Origin: Myxococcota bacterium | GTDB lineage: Bacteria > Myxococcota_C > UBA6777 | DNA: 64,000 bases | Assembly: GCA_023150835.1 (NCBI GenBank) | Contig: JAKLKB010000041.1 | Location: 810 to 64,809, forward strand | Direction of reading: 5' to 3' | Part shown: piece by piece, positions 8,807 to 17,573 of the stretch | How positions within the stretch are numbered: position 1 is the stretch's first letter | Layout: the number at the start of each line of letters is the position of its first letter | Program-made: the position numbers and the translations under genes | Notes under the pieces: generated by a model | What the model was told of the DNA's origin: nothing | The model's input: only the letters and a program-made list of their open reading frames with translations | Database searches by the model: none

Positions 8807-11800
8807 ATGCGATATCTTGTTTTCCGTTGGCCGCTTATCGGTCTGTTTCTGCTTGGCAGTCTGCTTGTCTTCGGCGAAGGCTGCGGAACATCTGTCATGA
8901 CCTGCCTCACCGACGAAGAATGCGGAGAAGGCTCCTTTTGCAATGCCAGCGCAGGAAGCTGTCAGAAAGAATGTACCAGCAGCGCCGATTGTCCAACCGA
9001 CAAGACCTGTTTCTTGCGGCGCGGAAAGTGCCTTGGCGGAGACACCTGTGCCAACAAACCCGCCCGTCAAGCCTGCGTCAACGGTCACGTCCACACCATC
9101 GACGGTTGCGAATTTGTGGGCGATCGTCAGGCCGATTGCGGTCTCCAAGGCTGCCTCGATGGCAAGTGCTTACAAGTCCCTGTCGGTTGCGGCGACGGGA
9201 TCTGCGATCCGACGCAAGAACACTGCCTCAACTGCCCCTTCGATTGTGCTTGTCCAAGCGGTGAACTGTGCGACACCACCACCTCCGCTTGCCTGACCTC
9301 CGCCAACTGCGGCGATGGAACCTGCGATCCCAACGAAAAAGAAACTTGCGCCACTTGCCCCATCGATTGCGCCTGCCCCGCAGGTCAGCGCTGTGATCGT
9401 AACCAACAGATCTGCGCCGCCTTTCCAAGCTGTGGCAACGGCTCCTGCGAACCCAACGAATCCGAAGATTGCAGCAACTGCCCCTTCGATTGTGCCTGTC
9501 CTCTCGGACAACGCTGCATCAACAACGCCTGCGCTCCCACCAACCCTTGCGGAGATGGCCAATGCTCCGCACAACAAGGCGAAAACTGCGATACCTGCCC
9601 CAAAGACTGCGCTTGTCCTGCCGATCAGTCCTGTAAAGCCGGCGTCTGCAAGATCGATCAAACCAACACCGTGCGCTGCGGTGACCAAAAGTGCGACAAA
9701 TCCGAGTCTTCCGCTTCTTGTTGTTCCGATTGTGGCTGCCCAAGCGGATACAAGTGCGAAAACAACGCTTGCCAGCCCGCACAAACCGCCCGATGTGGCA
9801 ACGGTCGTTGTGAAGCCAGCGAAAATGCCCAAAACTGCTGTACGGACTGCGGCTGTCCAAGCGGCAACTTTTGCAACAACAACCGCTGTTGCTCTTGTAT
9901 CGCCAACGAAGATCGCCGCTGCAACGGCGCACAGATCCAAGTCTGCAACGCAGACTGCACCGGTTGGACAACCGAACAAAATTGCTCAAGCACCCAGACC
10001 TGCAAAAAAACCACTTCTGGCAACTTGGCCTGCGTCGATATCTGCACAAGCGATTGCACCACCGAAGGACAAAAGCGCTGTAACGGCGGATACGCCATCC
10101 AAACCTGCTCCCGTAGTAGCCAAGGCTGTCTCGTGTGGACCACCACACTTGGCTGCAAAACCAACGAATACTGCGAATCTGGCGCAACGACCTGCAAAAC
10201 CTCTGCTTGCACCAACCATAGCTGCCCCACCCTTGAAGCCACACGCTGCGACGTTCGCACCGTGCAAGAATGCCAAAATGATACAAGTGGTTGCCGTGTC
10301 TGGAAAACCACCAACTATTGCGCCCCCCCGCAAACGTGTTCCGATGGAAAATGTATCTACGACTGCGGCACTTCTCCTTGCAGCCTCGGTGCGCCCTACT
10401 GCTCGAACAACAACGTCGTCCAATGCGAAACCGACTCCAACGGCTGCCGCAAGCTCACCACCAAACAAACCTGTTCAGGCGGAAAGATCTGTAAAAATCC
10501 CACCACAGGCGTGGCTTATTGCGAGTGCAGCCACAAATGCACCACCGAAGGCGAAAAACAATGCAATACCAACATGCCCCAAGAATGTCGTAAAAATGCC
10601 TCGGGCTGCCGCGAATGGGTCAACCTCAACTATTGCGTCCCGCCCTACACCTGCTCCAAAGGGGCCTGTATCTACGGATGTAGCCACACTTGCGAACTCG
10701 GGCCGATCTACTGCTCCAACAACAACGTCTCCCAATGTGAAGCCGATACCAACGGCTGTCGCCGCGTCGTGACGAAACAAGCCTGCGTCGGTGGAAAAGT
10801 CTGCAAAAGCCCCACCACAGGCGTCGCTTATTGTGAGTGCAGCCACAAATGCACCACCGAAGGCGAAAAACAATGCAGCACCAACCAAACCCAAGAGTGC
10901 CGCAAAAACGCCGAAGGCTGCCGTGAATGGGTCAACGGTACGTACTGCACCCCCCCCAATACTTGCTCCAAAGGCGCTTGCGTCTACAACTGCACCCACA
11001 CCTGCGAACTCGGCCCTGTGTATTGCTCGAACGGAAACGTTGTCCAATGCGAGGCCGACAGCAACGGCTGCCGCCGCGTCGTGACGAAACAAACTTGTTC
11101 GGGTGGAAAAGTCTGCAAAAGCCCCACCACAGGCGTGGCTTATTGCGAGTGCAGTCACAAATGCCCGACCGAAGGCGAAAAACAATGCAGCACCAACCAA
11201 ACCCAAGAATGTCGCAAAAACGCCGACGGCTGCCGTGAATGGGTCAATGGCACATACTGCACCCCTCCCAATACTTGTTCAGGCGGCGTATGCGTCTACA
11301 ACTGCAACCACACTTGCAGCCTTGGCCCCATACAATGCTCGAACAACAACGTCGTCCAATGCGAGGCCGACAGCAACGGCTGCCGTCGCATGGTCACCAA
11401 AGACACCTGTGGCTCCCGTCAAACCTGCAAAAGCCCCACCACAGGCGTGGCTTATTGCGAGTGTAGTCACGGATGCTCTAGCGCTGGAGCCAAACAGTGC
11501 AGCACCAATCAAGCCCAAGAATGCAAAACGGACGGCGATGGCTGCCGCTATTGGGCCAATACGACCTACTGCACCCCTCCCAATATCTGCTCAGGCGGAA
11601 ACTGCGTCTACAACTGCAACCACACTTGCAATGCCGGCCCTGTATACTGCTCGAACAACAACGTCGTCCAATGCGAGGCCGACAGCAATGGCTGCCGCCG
11701 CGTGGTCACCAAAGACACCTGCGGCTCCCGTCAAACCTGCAAAAGCCCCACCACAGGCGTGGCTTATTGTGAGTGTAGTCACGGATGCTCTAGCGCTGGA

Positions 11801-12391
11801 GCCAAACAGTGCAGCACCAACCAAACCCAAGAATGTAAAACGGATGGCGATGGCTGCCGTTATTGGGCCAACGGTACCTACTGCACGCCCCCCTATACCT
11901 GTTCGGGCGGAAACTGCGTCTATAGCTGCAACCATACCTGTTCTCCCGCTGGAGCCAAACAATGCAGCACCAACCAAACCCAAGAATGCCGCACCGACGG
12001 CAACGGCTGCCGCTCTTGGGTCAACGGTACCTACTGCACGCCCCCCTATACCTGTTCGGGCGGAAACTGCGTCTATAGCTGCAACCATCAATGCAGCAGC
12101 GGTACAAAGCAGTGCAGCGGAAACACTCCCCAAGAATGCCGCACCGACGGCAACGGCTGTCGTTATTGGGCCAACCTTACGGCGTGCGGAACAGGTTACA
12201 CCTGTTCGGGCGGAAACTGTGTGTCGAGTTGCAATCACGCTTGCTCATACAACGGGCAAAAACAATGCGCAGGTTCGATACCCGCCTACATCCAAGAATG
12301 CAGAACCAACTCAAGCGGATGCCGCTACTGGTACACCACCACCACCTGCCCACCACCCCAGCGCTGCGTCAATCTCGGATGCACCTATTGA
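8807..12391 (+). CDS. Very Cys-rich repetitive lipoprotein (1194 aa)
   Basis: GAGG RBS; signal peptide with GEGC; N-terminal CGDGxC..E.C..CP.DC repeats; C-terminal ~50-aa Cys modules. Confidence 0.9.
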   Translation: MRYLVFRWPLIGLFLLGSLLVFGEGCGTSVMTCLTDEECGEGSFCNASAGSCQKECTSSADCPTDKTCFLRRGKCLGGDTCANKPARQACVNGHVHTIDGCEFVGDRQADCGLQGCLDGKCLQVPVGCGDGICDPTQEHCLNCPFDCACPSGELCDTTTSACLTSANCGDGTCDPNEKETCATCPIDCACPAGQRCDRNQQICAAFPSCGNGSCEPNESEDCSNCPFDCACPLGQRCINNACAPTNPCGDGQCSAQQGENCDTCPKDCACPADQSCKAGVCKIDQTNTVRCGDQKCDKSESSASCCSDCGCPSGYKCENNACQPAQTARCGNGRCEASENAQNCCTDCGCPSGNFCNNNRCCSCIANEDRRCNGAQIQVCNADCTGWTTEQNCSSTQTCKKTTSGNLACVDICTSDCTTEGQKRCNGGYAIQTCSRSSQGCLVWTTTLGCKTNEYCESGATTCKTSACTNHSCPTLEATRCDVRTVQECQNDTSGCRVWKTTNYCAPPQTCSDGKCIYDCGTSPCSLGAPYCSNNNVVQCETDSNGCRKLTTKQTCSGGKICKNPTTGVAYCECSHKCTTEGEKQCNTNMPQECRKNASGCREWVNLNYCVPPYTCSKGACIYGCSHTCELGPIYCSNNNVSQCEADTNGCRRVVTKQACVGGKVCKSPTTGVAYCECSHKCTTEGEKQCSTNQTQECRKNAEGCREWVNGTYCTPPNTCSKGACVYNCTHTCELGPVYCSNGNVVQCEADSNGCRRVVTKQTCSGGKVCKSPTTGVAYCECSHKCPTEGEKQCSTNQTQECRKNADGCREWVNGTYCTPPNTCSGGVCVYNCNHTCSLGPIQCSNNNVVQCEADSNGCRRMVTKDTCGSRQTCKSPTTGVAYCECSHGCSSAGAKQCSTNQAQECKTDGDGCRYWANTTYCTPPNICSGGNCVYNCNHTCNAGPVYCSNNNVVQCEADSNGCRRVVTKDTCGSRQTCKSPTTGVAYCECSHGCSSAGAKQCSTNQTQECKTDGDGCRYWANGTYCTPPYTCSGGNCVYSCNHTCSPAGAKQCSTNQTQECRTDGNGCRSWVNGTYCTPPYTCSGGNCVYSCNHQCSSGTKQCSGNTPQECRTDGNGCRYWANLTACGTGYTCSGGNCVSSCNHACSYNGQKQCAGSIPAYIQECRTNSSGCRYWYTTTTCPPPQRCVNLGCTY
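10380..12240 (+). repeat. Coding tandem repeat with ~312-bp (104-aa) period built from two alternating Cys modules
   Basis: Repeated cccaccacaggcgtggcttattg (PTTGVAYCEC) near 10500, 10811, 11123, 11435 and 11747. Confidence 0.88.
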
Positions 12392-12406
12392 TCGAACAAC
12401 GGCTTA

Positions 12407-12602
12407 GCGGGTGTCCTACTCGGCCTTGTCTTTGCGCTTGGCGGCTCGATCCAGTAGCTCAAGGATATCTTCGGTGATATCCAAGGCGGGATCGAGATAC
12501 AACGGCGGGTGTCCTACTCGGCCTTGTCTTTGCGCTTGGCGGCTCGATCCAGTAGCTCAAGGATATCTTCGGTGATATCCAAGGCGGGATCGAGATACAA
12601 CG
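12407..12602. repeat. Exact 98-bp tandem duplication of the 3' end of the Skp-like gene
   Basis: gcgggtgtcctact...gagatacaacg at 12407-12504 and 12505-12602. Confidence 0.95.
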
Positions 12603-12918
12603 TACGATCTTTGTGCAACACAGCCTTTGCACCGCGCTGGATCGCGATCGTTGAAGCAAAGAAAGCGGCTTTTTCGAGGACTTCGTGACGGAGCAGTTGG
12701 CGCTGTTCTTCGAGTTCTTGCATGACGAGACGCAAAGCCGCTTCGATCTCTTCCAAAGCGGCGGTGTAGAGGGTGCCTTGGAGGGTTGCGATCTCTTGGC
12801 GTCGTTGCTCGGCAGCTTCTTTGTGTTTTTTCCAGCGCTTCTCCAAAGCCTCCGAAGCAAGGCGCGCTGCAAGGCTCTCCCCCAAGATCCTCGATACATC
12901 GACAAACAAGATATCCAT
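12514..12918 (-). CDS. OmpH/Skp-like protein without signal peptide
   Basis: ILFVDVSRIL start, central coiled coil and IAIQRGAKAVL...LYLDPALDITEDILELL end match the Skp pattern. Confidence 0.7.
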   Translation of the reverse strand: MDILFVDVSRILGESLAARLASEALEKRWKKHKEAAEQRRQEIATLQGTLYTAALEEIEAALRLVMQELEEQRQLLRHEVLEKAAFFASTIAIQRGAKAVLHKDRTLYLDPALDITEDILELLDRAAKRKDKAE

Positions 12919-12929
12919 CGCCCTCTCCG

Positions 12930-14636
12930 CTAAAGCTGCCAGATCACCCGCATCTCGCTGTAATACCGTTGATGTTCATCTTCGAGTCCTTGGGTCACAG
13001 CCAACGAACACTGCGCATCAAAGACGATCACATAGATCACTTCTGTGCTGCTTGAAACTTCGGTGGGCAGGCGTTTTTCAAGACGAGCAAAAGCCCGAAA
13101 ACCGGGTTCTAATTTTCCGCGATACACCAAGCGGTCGGTCTTCGGCGCACGTCGTGAAAGCTCGATCGGCTCGCCAAACGGCGTCATCCTCAACGCATGC
13201 AAGCGTTTGTAGCCGACAACTCGATCATTTTTGATGTACACAAAGATCACAGGGAAAAAGATCTGCATCCCTTTGACGATGCCGATCTGTTCGCGAGCTT
13301 CGTGATGACCGAAGATCTTGTAGGTCGACAACGCCGCTTGCATCTCTTTTTGGCGATCTTCGAGCCGCTTGCGTTCGGTGAGCAGTTGGGTGCGTTGCGC
13401 CTCGCCTGTTTGAAGCTGTTGTTTGAGTTGCGTAGCTTGAGCGTCGCTGCGGACTTTGTGGATCTCGTAGCGTTCGACCAAAAGACGCAGGCGCTTTTGA
13501 TCTTCTCGCAGCGCAGCGATCTCTTTGTTGCGTTGTGCGGCAAGGGCTTCTGCTTGAAAACGAGCGCGTTGCGTTTCTTCAAAGCGGCTTTGCAAGGTCT
13601 TTTGTTGCTGTTGTTGCTTTTCTTCTTCACGCTGCGCGACAGAGACCTGTGTGCGAAGCGATTCATTCTGACGCTGAAGCACAGCCACCTGCTCACGCAA
13701 AGCCGCAAGCTCTTGTTGCAAACGTTGCAGCGCCCGCATCGAGGCTTGTTGTGATTTGTCGTGCTGAGACAGCCGATCTTCGAGCAAGATCGACTTGGCA
13801 AGGCGCGCTTCAAGCGCTTTGATCTGCGCTCGCAAACGCACGTTTTCTTGTTCCAATACGCCCTGCGCAAGGGCCATCTTGCGTTGACGATCTTGTTCTT
13901 TGGCTTGTTGGGTGCGTAGCGCTTGGAGTTCGCTTTGTGCGACTTGTAGCGCCGCTTCTTTGCTTGCCAACTGCTCCTTCAAACGCGCCACTTGAACAGC
14001 CATCTCTCGGGCTTCCATGGTCGCGATGCGAAAGCGTGCGTCAGCGGCACGAAGCTGATCTTCAAGGCGTTTGCGTTCTTCATCGGCACGCGAGAGTTTT
14101 GCGGCGAGTGCTCTCGCTTCTTCGCGTTCCTTGCGGTGCATCTCTTCAAGAACGCGATGCTGTTCTTGCAGACGCGCAAGCTGTTGTTTGGTTTGACGGA
14201 GTTCCCGCTCCAACCGAGCGCGCAGACGTTCGAGGCGTTGCTTGTCCTGCCCCAACGCATCGCGCTGCTTTTGCGTCACCTGTAAGTCCCGCTCCATCGC
14301 GTCGATCTTGCTTTGCGTAGCTTCTCGCAAACGTTGCATCTCGGCTTGTTGCGATCGCAAACGCTCCATCGTCTGCTGTAGGCGCGACACCAACACTTGT
14401 AAGCTCCGCATATCCGCATCGATCTGTGTTCGATCTTTGGTGAGGCGACTGGCTTTTTGATGTTGTTGATCGCGCTGTTGGCGCAAAGCACGGATCTGTT
14501 GTTGCGCGCTCGATATCTGCCGCTGGTGCGCCTTTTGGGCCGCGTCGTCTTTTTTTCGCAAGTTGATCGAAAAAGCAAACAGCAAGATCAAGATGATATC
14601 CACCAACGGCAACAAATCGAGTCTGGATCGACGCAT
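12930..14636 (-). CDS. ExbD/TolR-type N-terminal TM fused to ~400-aa coiled coil and C-terminal alpha/beta domain
   Basis: LDLLPLVDIILILLFAF resembles the ExbD TM motif (conserved Asp), followed by a Q/E/R/L-rich heptad region. Confidence 0.8.
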   Translation of the reverse strand: MRRSRLDLLPLVDIILILLFAFSINLRKKDDAAQKAHQRQISSAQQQIRALRQQRDQQHQKASRLTKDRTQIDADMRSLQVLVSRLQQTMERLRSQQAEMQRLREATQSKIDAMERDLQVTQKQRDALGQDKQRLERLRARLERELRQTKQQLARLQEQHRVLEEMHRKEREEARALAAKLSRADEERKRLEDQLRAADARFRIATMEAREMAVQVARLKEQLASKEAALQVAQSELQALRTQQAKEQDRQRKMALAQGVLEQENVRLRAQIKALEARLAKSILLEDRLSQHDKSQQASMRALQRLQQELAALREQVAVLQRQNESLRTQVSVAQREEEKQQQQQKTLQSRFEETQRARFQAEALAAQRNKEIAALREDQKRLRLLVERYEIHKVRSDAQATQLKQQLQTGEAQRTQLLTERKRLEDRQKEMQAALSTYKIFGHHEAREQIGIVKGMQIFFPVIFVYIKNDRVVGYKRLHALRMTPFGEPIELSRRAPKTDRLVYRGKLEPGFRAFARLEKRLPTEVSSSTEVIYVIVFDAQCSLAVTQGLEDEHQRYYSEMRVIWQL

Positions 14637-14638
14637 GG

Positions 14639-15424
14639 TTATCCTCTCGATCCGCTCGATGCATCGGGCGATACAGCAGGCGTCGTTTCGCTCGATGGCT
14701 TCGACGATACAGAGGACGTCGTTTCGCTCGATGGCTTCGACGATACAGAGGACGTCGTTTCGCTCGATGGCTTCGGCGATACAGCAGGCGTCGTTTCGAC
14801 CGATGGCTTCGGCGATACAGCGGACGTGACTTTGCTCGGTGGCTTCGGCGATACAGCAGATATCAAAGGAACAGGATCAGCGTCTTCGTCGGTAGCATGG
14901 GGTCGTGTGATCACATGAACCAACCGCGACACCACCTCACGATTTTGAAGGAGTTCCAAGACGTTATAAAACGATTCTTCGGCGGGGTTTTCGATCCACC
15001 AACGACCGAACAACGCTCCGATCAAGCCCATAATCGTGGTGTTCAGCGCAAACCCCAGCGTTCGTGTATCGAAGTCAAAAAATAGCGCGGCCAGCAGCAA
15101 ACTGACGACTGTTCCGAGCAGACCGATCTGCGGCATCATCTCGATATACGCAGCCACCCGTTGTCGGGCGGATTGCGCACTTGCACGCCAACGCGAGATC
15201 ATATCGTGACGAGAGAGCGCATCACTGGCCTTCCAACCGCTTGCTTGCAGATAGGCCAAGGGCTCAAGATACGCTTCTTCGGGCGCTTTTTGATAACTGC
15301 GACGCAAGATCTCTTCTTGTTCTCGCAGTTCGCGTCGGATACCCCGAGCCTTCAAAAACAAGAAGCCGATCCACAGCAACCAAAACACACTCAACACGAC
15401 GGTGACAAAGTCTTCGACCCACAT
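14639..15424 (-). CDS. MotA/TolQ/ExbB proton-channel family protein with repetitive C-terminal tail
   Basis: PQIGLLGTV and ALNTTIMGL motifs; three TM helices. Confidence 0.88.
   Translation of the reverse strand: MWVEDFVTVVLSVFWLLWIGFLFLKARGIRRELREQEEILRRSYQKAPEEAYLEPLAYLQASGWKASDALSRHDMISRWRASAQSARQRVAAYIEMMPQIGLLGTVVSLLLAALFFDFDTRTLGFALNTTIMGLIGALFGRWWIENPAEESFYNVLELLQNREVVSRLVHVITRPHATDEDADPVPLISAVSPKPPSKVTSAVSPKPSVETTPAVSPKPSSETTSSVSSKPSSETTSSVSSKPSSETTPAVSPDASSGSRG
14653..14858 (-). repeat. 36-bp coding tandem repeat (12 aa, AVSPKPSSETTP-like), ~6 copies
   Basis: cgatacag(c/a)..gtcgtttcgctcgatggctt recurs every 36 bp. Confidence 0.85.
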
Positions 15425-15487
15425 CCGAACGCGCCCTTTCTATTGCTCGCACCTCGCCCATTCCCCAAGCACCACCTATCGAACGCC

Positions 15488-16018
15488 TTAAAATTCGTTG
15501 GCGACACTAAACGGAATGTTTTTTTGGGAGAGCGCTCGTTTGACATCCTGTACCCATTGGGCCTTGGCATCGCCCTGAACGCGCAACACCAGATCGCGAT
15601 CTTCGCGCTGCGCCTTTTCTCCCGCCTCCACCAACTGCGCCACCGTCAATGTTTCTGTTTCGATCTGCCCTTGCGCGGACACTTTGTGGATCGAACGGCT
15701 GCGCAACAGCACTTCGTAGCGAAGGCGTACACGCACCACAGGAGGCGTGGGAGTTGCCGCTTTTGCGCTTGTCCCGCCTTGGGGCGATGCCACCGAAGCG
15801 CCCGTCCCACCTTGCTTTGAGGCTCCTGACGATCCAGTCGATGCGGTCTGATCTTGGCGAACGTCGAGCGCGGGAGATCGGCGATCTGAAACAGAGGACA
15901 TCTGCTGCGGATGTGTGGGCTTTTTCGGAGAAAACACCATCGTAAAATAACCGCCCACACCAACCACCAGCACCGAGATCCCACCGACCAACGTCGTCAT
16001 CATCTTACTATCCGCCAT
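15488..16018 (-). CDS. Membrane-anchored protein with ExbD-like periplasmic domain
   Basis: N-terminal TM without Asp, disordered linker, LVLRVQGDAKAQWVQDVKRALSQKNI like the ExbD C-terminus; immediately upstream of the ExbB-like gene. Confidence 0.6.
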   Translation of the reverse strand: MADSKMMTTLVGGISVLVVGVGGYFTMVFSPKKPTHPQQMSSVSDRRSPALDVRQDQTASTGSSGASKQGGTGASVASPQGGTSAKAATPTPPVVRVRLRYEVLLRSRSIHKVSAQGQIETETLTVAQLVEAGEKAQREDRDLVLRVQGDAKAQWVQDVKRALSQKNIPFSVANEF

Positions 16019-16091
16019 CGCCTACTCCTCTCTCTCAAAACGCGCCTCTCTTGTGTATCGGGCGCGTGCCTTTGTTGGATCCGTTCTGTGG

Positions 16092-17534
16092 CTACTTGGT
16101 TGGCGTAAAAAGGTCGTTCATAAACGCCGTCAACAGGCGCTCCGTCAAGGCGGAAGGCATGGCGTCGAGCACTTCGTTCACTTCGGCCAGACGTTCGGGG
16201 AGTCCGGCTTTTTGAATGCCCGCCATCCCAAGCATCCCTTGTAAGACTTCTTCGGTGATCTGATCGGGTGTGATCTGACCGAACATCTCTTTGACTTGGG
16301 CCACAAGTTCGCTTTCGGGTTGCTGTTTGGCAAGCTCTACGGCTGCGGCGAGATCCACAAGGAAGCCGTCGGCTTGCCCCCGATGCGAAGGACTCACCAA
16401 GAGATGCAAACAAGCGCGGTGGCCTTGATAACCGAGCTGGGGCTGCACGTACCAGCCTTTGAACTTCATCTCGTCGATGACATGGAAGATATTGACGGTG
16501 CGCGAGTCAACCGCGATCAACGGCATCTGCGGGATCACGGGCAGACAAAGATCCGGGATCGCTTGGATCCCTTGCACCAGTTTTTTCTGTTCCTCCAAGA
16601 TCTCCCGAGCATAACGCATATAACCATCGTCACCGATAAAGTTCATCACAGCCCATGCTGCCGCCATCGGTCCCCCAGACTTGGAGCTTTGCACCGCCGT
16701 ATTGACGATGGTGTAGCCCGTCCACGAAGCGCACGCAAAGATCTGATACTTGCGCAAAGATTTGTTGCGGTGCAAGACCACGGATGCGCCTTTGGGAGCA
16801 AAAGCATATTTGTGCAGATCCATCGATATCGACGTCACACCGGGGATACGGAAGTCAAACAACGGGATCTCTTCGCCAAGACGCCGATAATACTGCAACA
16901 AGAAGCCACCGATACAGCCGTCGACATGAAACAACAGATCGTGTTCTTGTGCGATCTTGGCGATCTCTTCGATGGGATCGACGACTCCCCATGCGTAGCA
17001 AGTGGCCGAAGCCACGATCAACGCAGTACGTGGCGTGATCGCAGCGCGGATGGCCTCCACCTCTGCGCGCTTGGTGTCTCGATCGATCGGGGTTTGGACG
17101 ATCTTGACACCGAGATAATGGGCAGCTTTGTAAAAAGCCGCGTGGGCCGAGATCGGCAAGATCATCTCGGGCTGTCCGACCTCGGGGTGCAGATCGAAAA
17201 AGCGGTCACGGGCGGTCTTGAGCGCCAACAGGATGCTTTCTGTTCCTCCGCTCGTAAAGTTGCCCACCACCTCTTGGTCGCCGTGTAGATGGTCCCGCGC
17301 CATCGAGATGATCTGATTTTCCAAGATCGCAAGGCTCGGAAAAGAAGTCGGATCAAGGCCATTTTCGGACAGGTACATCATAAAGGCTTTTTTGGCGACC
17401 TCTTCGACTTCGCGGCCAGCATCATACACATAGCCCCATGCGCGGCCTTCTCGCCACTTGAGATCGTGTTGACGAAAAGACTCTAACTGGGCGAATAATT
17501 CTTCTTGCGAACGAGCGTGCTGTGGGATCTTCAT
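16092..17534 (-). CDS. PLP-dependent group II decarboxylase family, sphingosine-1-phosphate lyase-like
   Basis: TSGGTESILLA, SAHAAFYKAAHY, HVDGCIGGF, DFRIPGVTSISMDLHKY (PLP Lys), APKGASV. Confidence 0.88.
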   Translation of the reverse strand: MKIPQHARSQEELFAQLESFRQHDLKWREGRAWGYVYDAGREVEEVAKKAFMMYLSENGLDPTSFPSLAILENQIISMARDHLHGDQEVVGNFTSGGTESILLALKTARDRFFDLHPEVGQPEMILPISAHAAFYKAAHYLGVKIVQTPIDRDTKRAEVEAIRAAITPRTALIVASATCYAWGVVDPIEEIAKIAQEHDLLFHVDGCIGGFLLQYYRRLGEEIPLFDFRIPGVTSISMDLHKYAFAPKGASVVLHRNKSLRKYQIFACASWTGYTIVNTAVQSSKSGGPMAAAWAVMNFIGDDGYMRYAREILEEQKKLVQGIQAIPDLCLPVIPQMPLIAVDSRTVNIFHVIDEMKFKGWYVQPQLGYQGHRACLHLLVSPSHRGQADGFLVDLAAAVELAKQQPESELVAQVKEMFGQITPDQITEEVLQGMLGMAGIQKAGLPERLAEVNEVLDAMPSALTERLLTAFMNDLFTPTK

Positions 17535-17573
17535 CAAAAGCCTCGCGTGAAAAGGTAGATGGATTTGAGTGGA

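Noticed and set aside
10380-12240. Diversity-generating retroelement TR/VR pair
   Set aside because: No reverse transcriptase in the window, and the repeats are in-frame tandem modules without evident adenine-specific variation.
12459-12905. Alternative 148-aa ORF over the Skp-like gene
   Set aside because: A shadow frame extended by the duplication; the 12514..12918 frame carries the family pattern and RBS.
12930-15424. Canonical Zorya ZorAB or flagellar MotAB
   Set aside because: No OmpA-like peptidoglycan-binding domain, the long helix is on the B-type subunit, and no zorC/D/E or flagellar genes are present.
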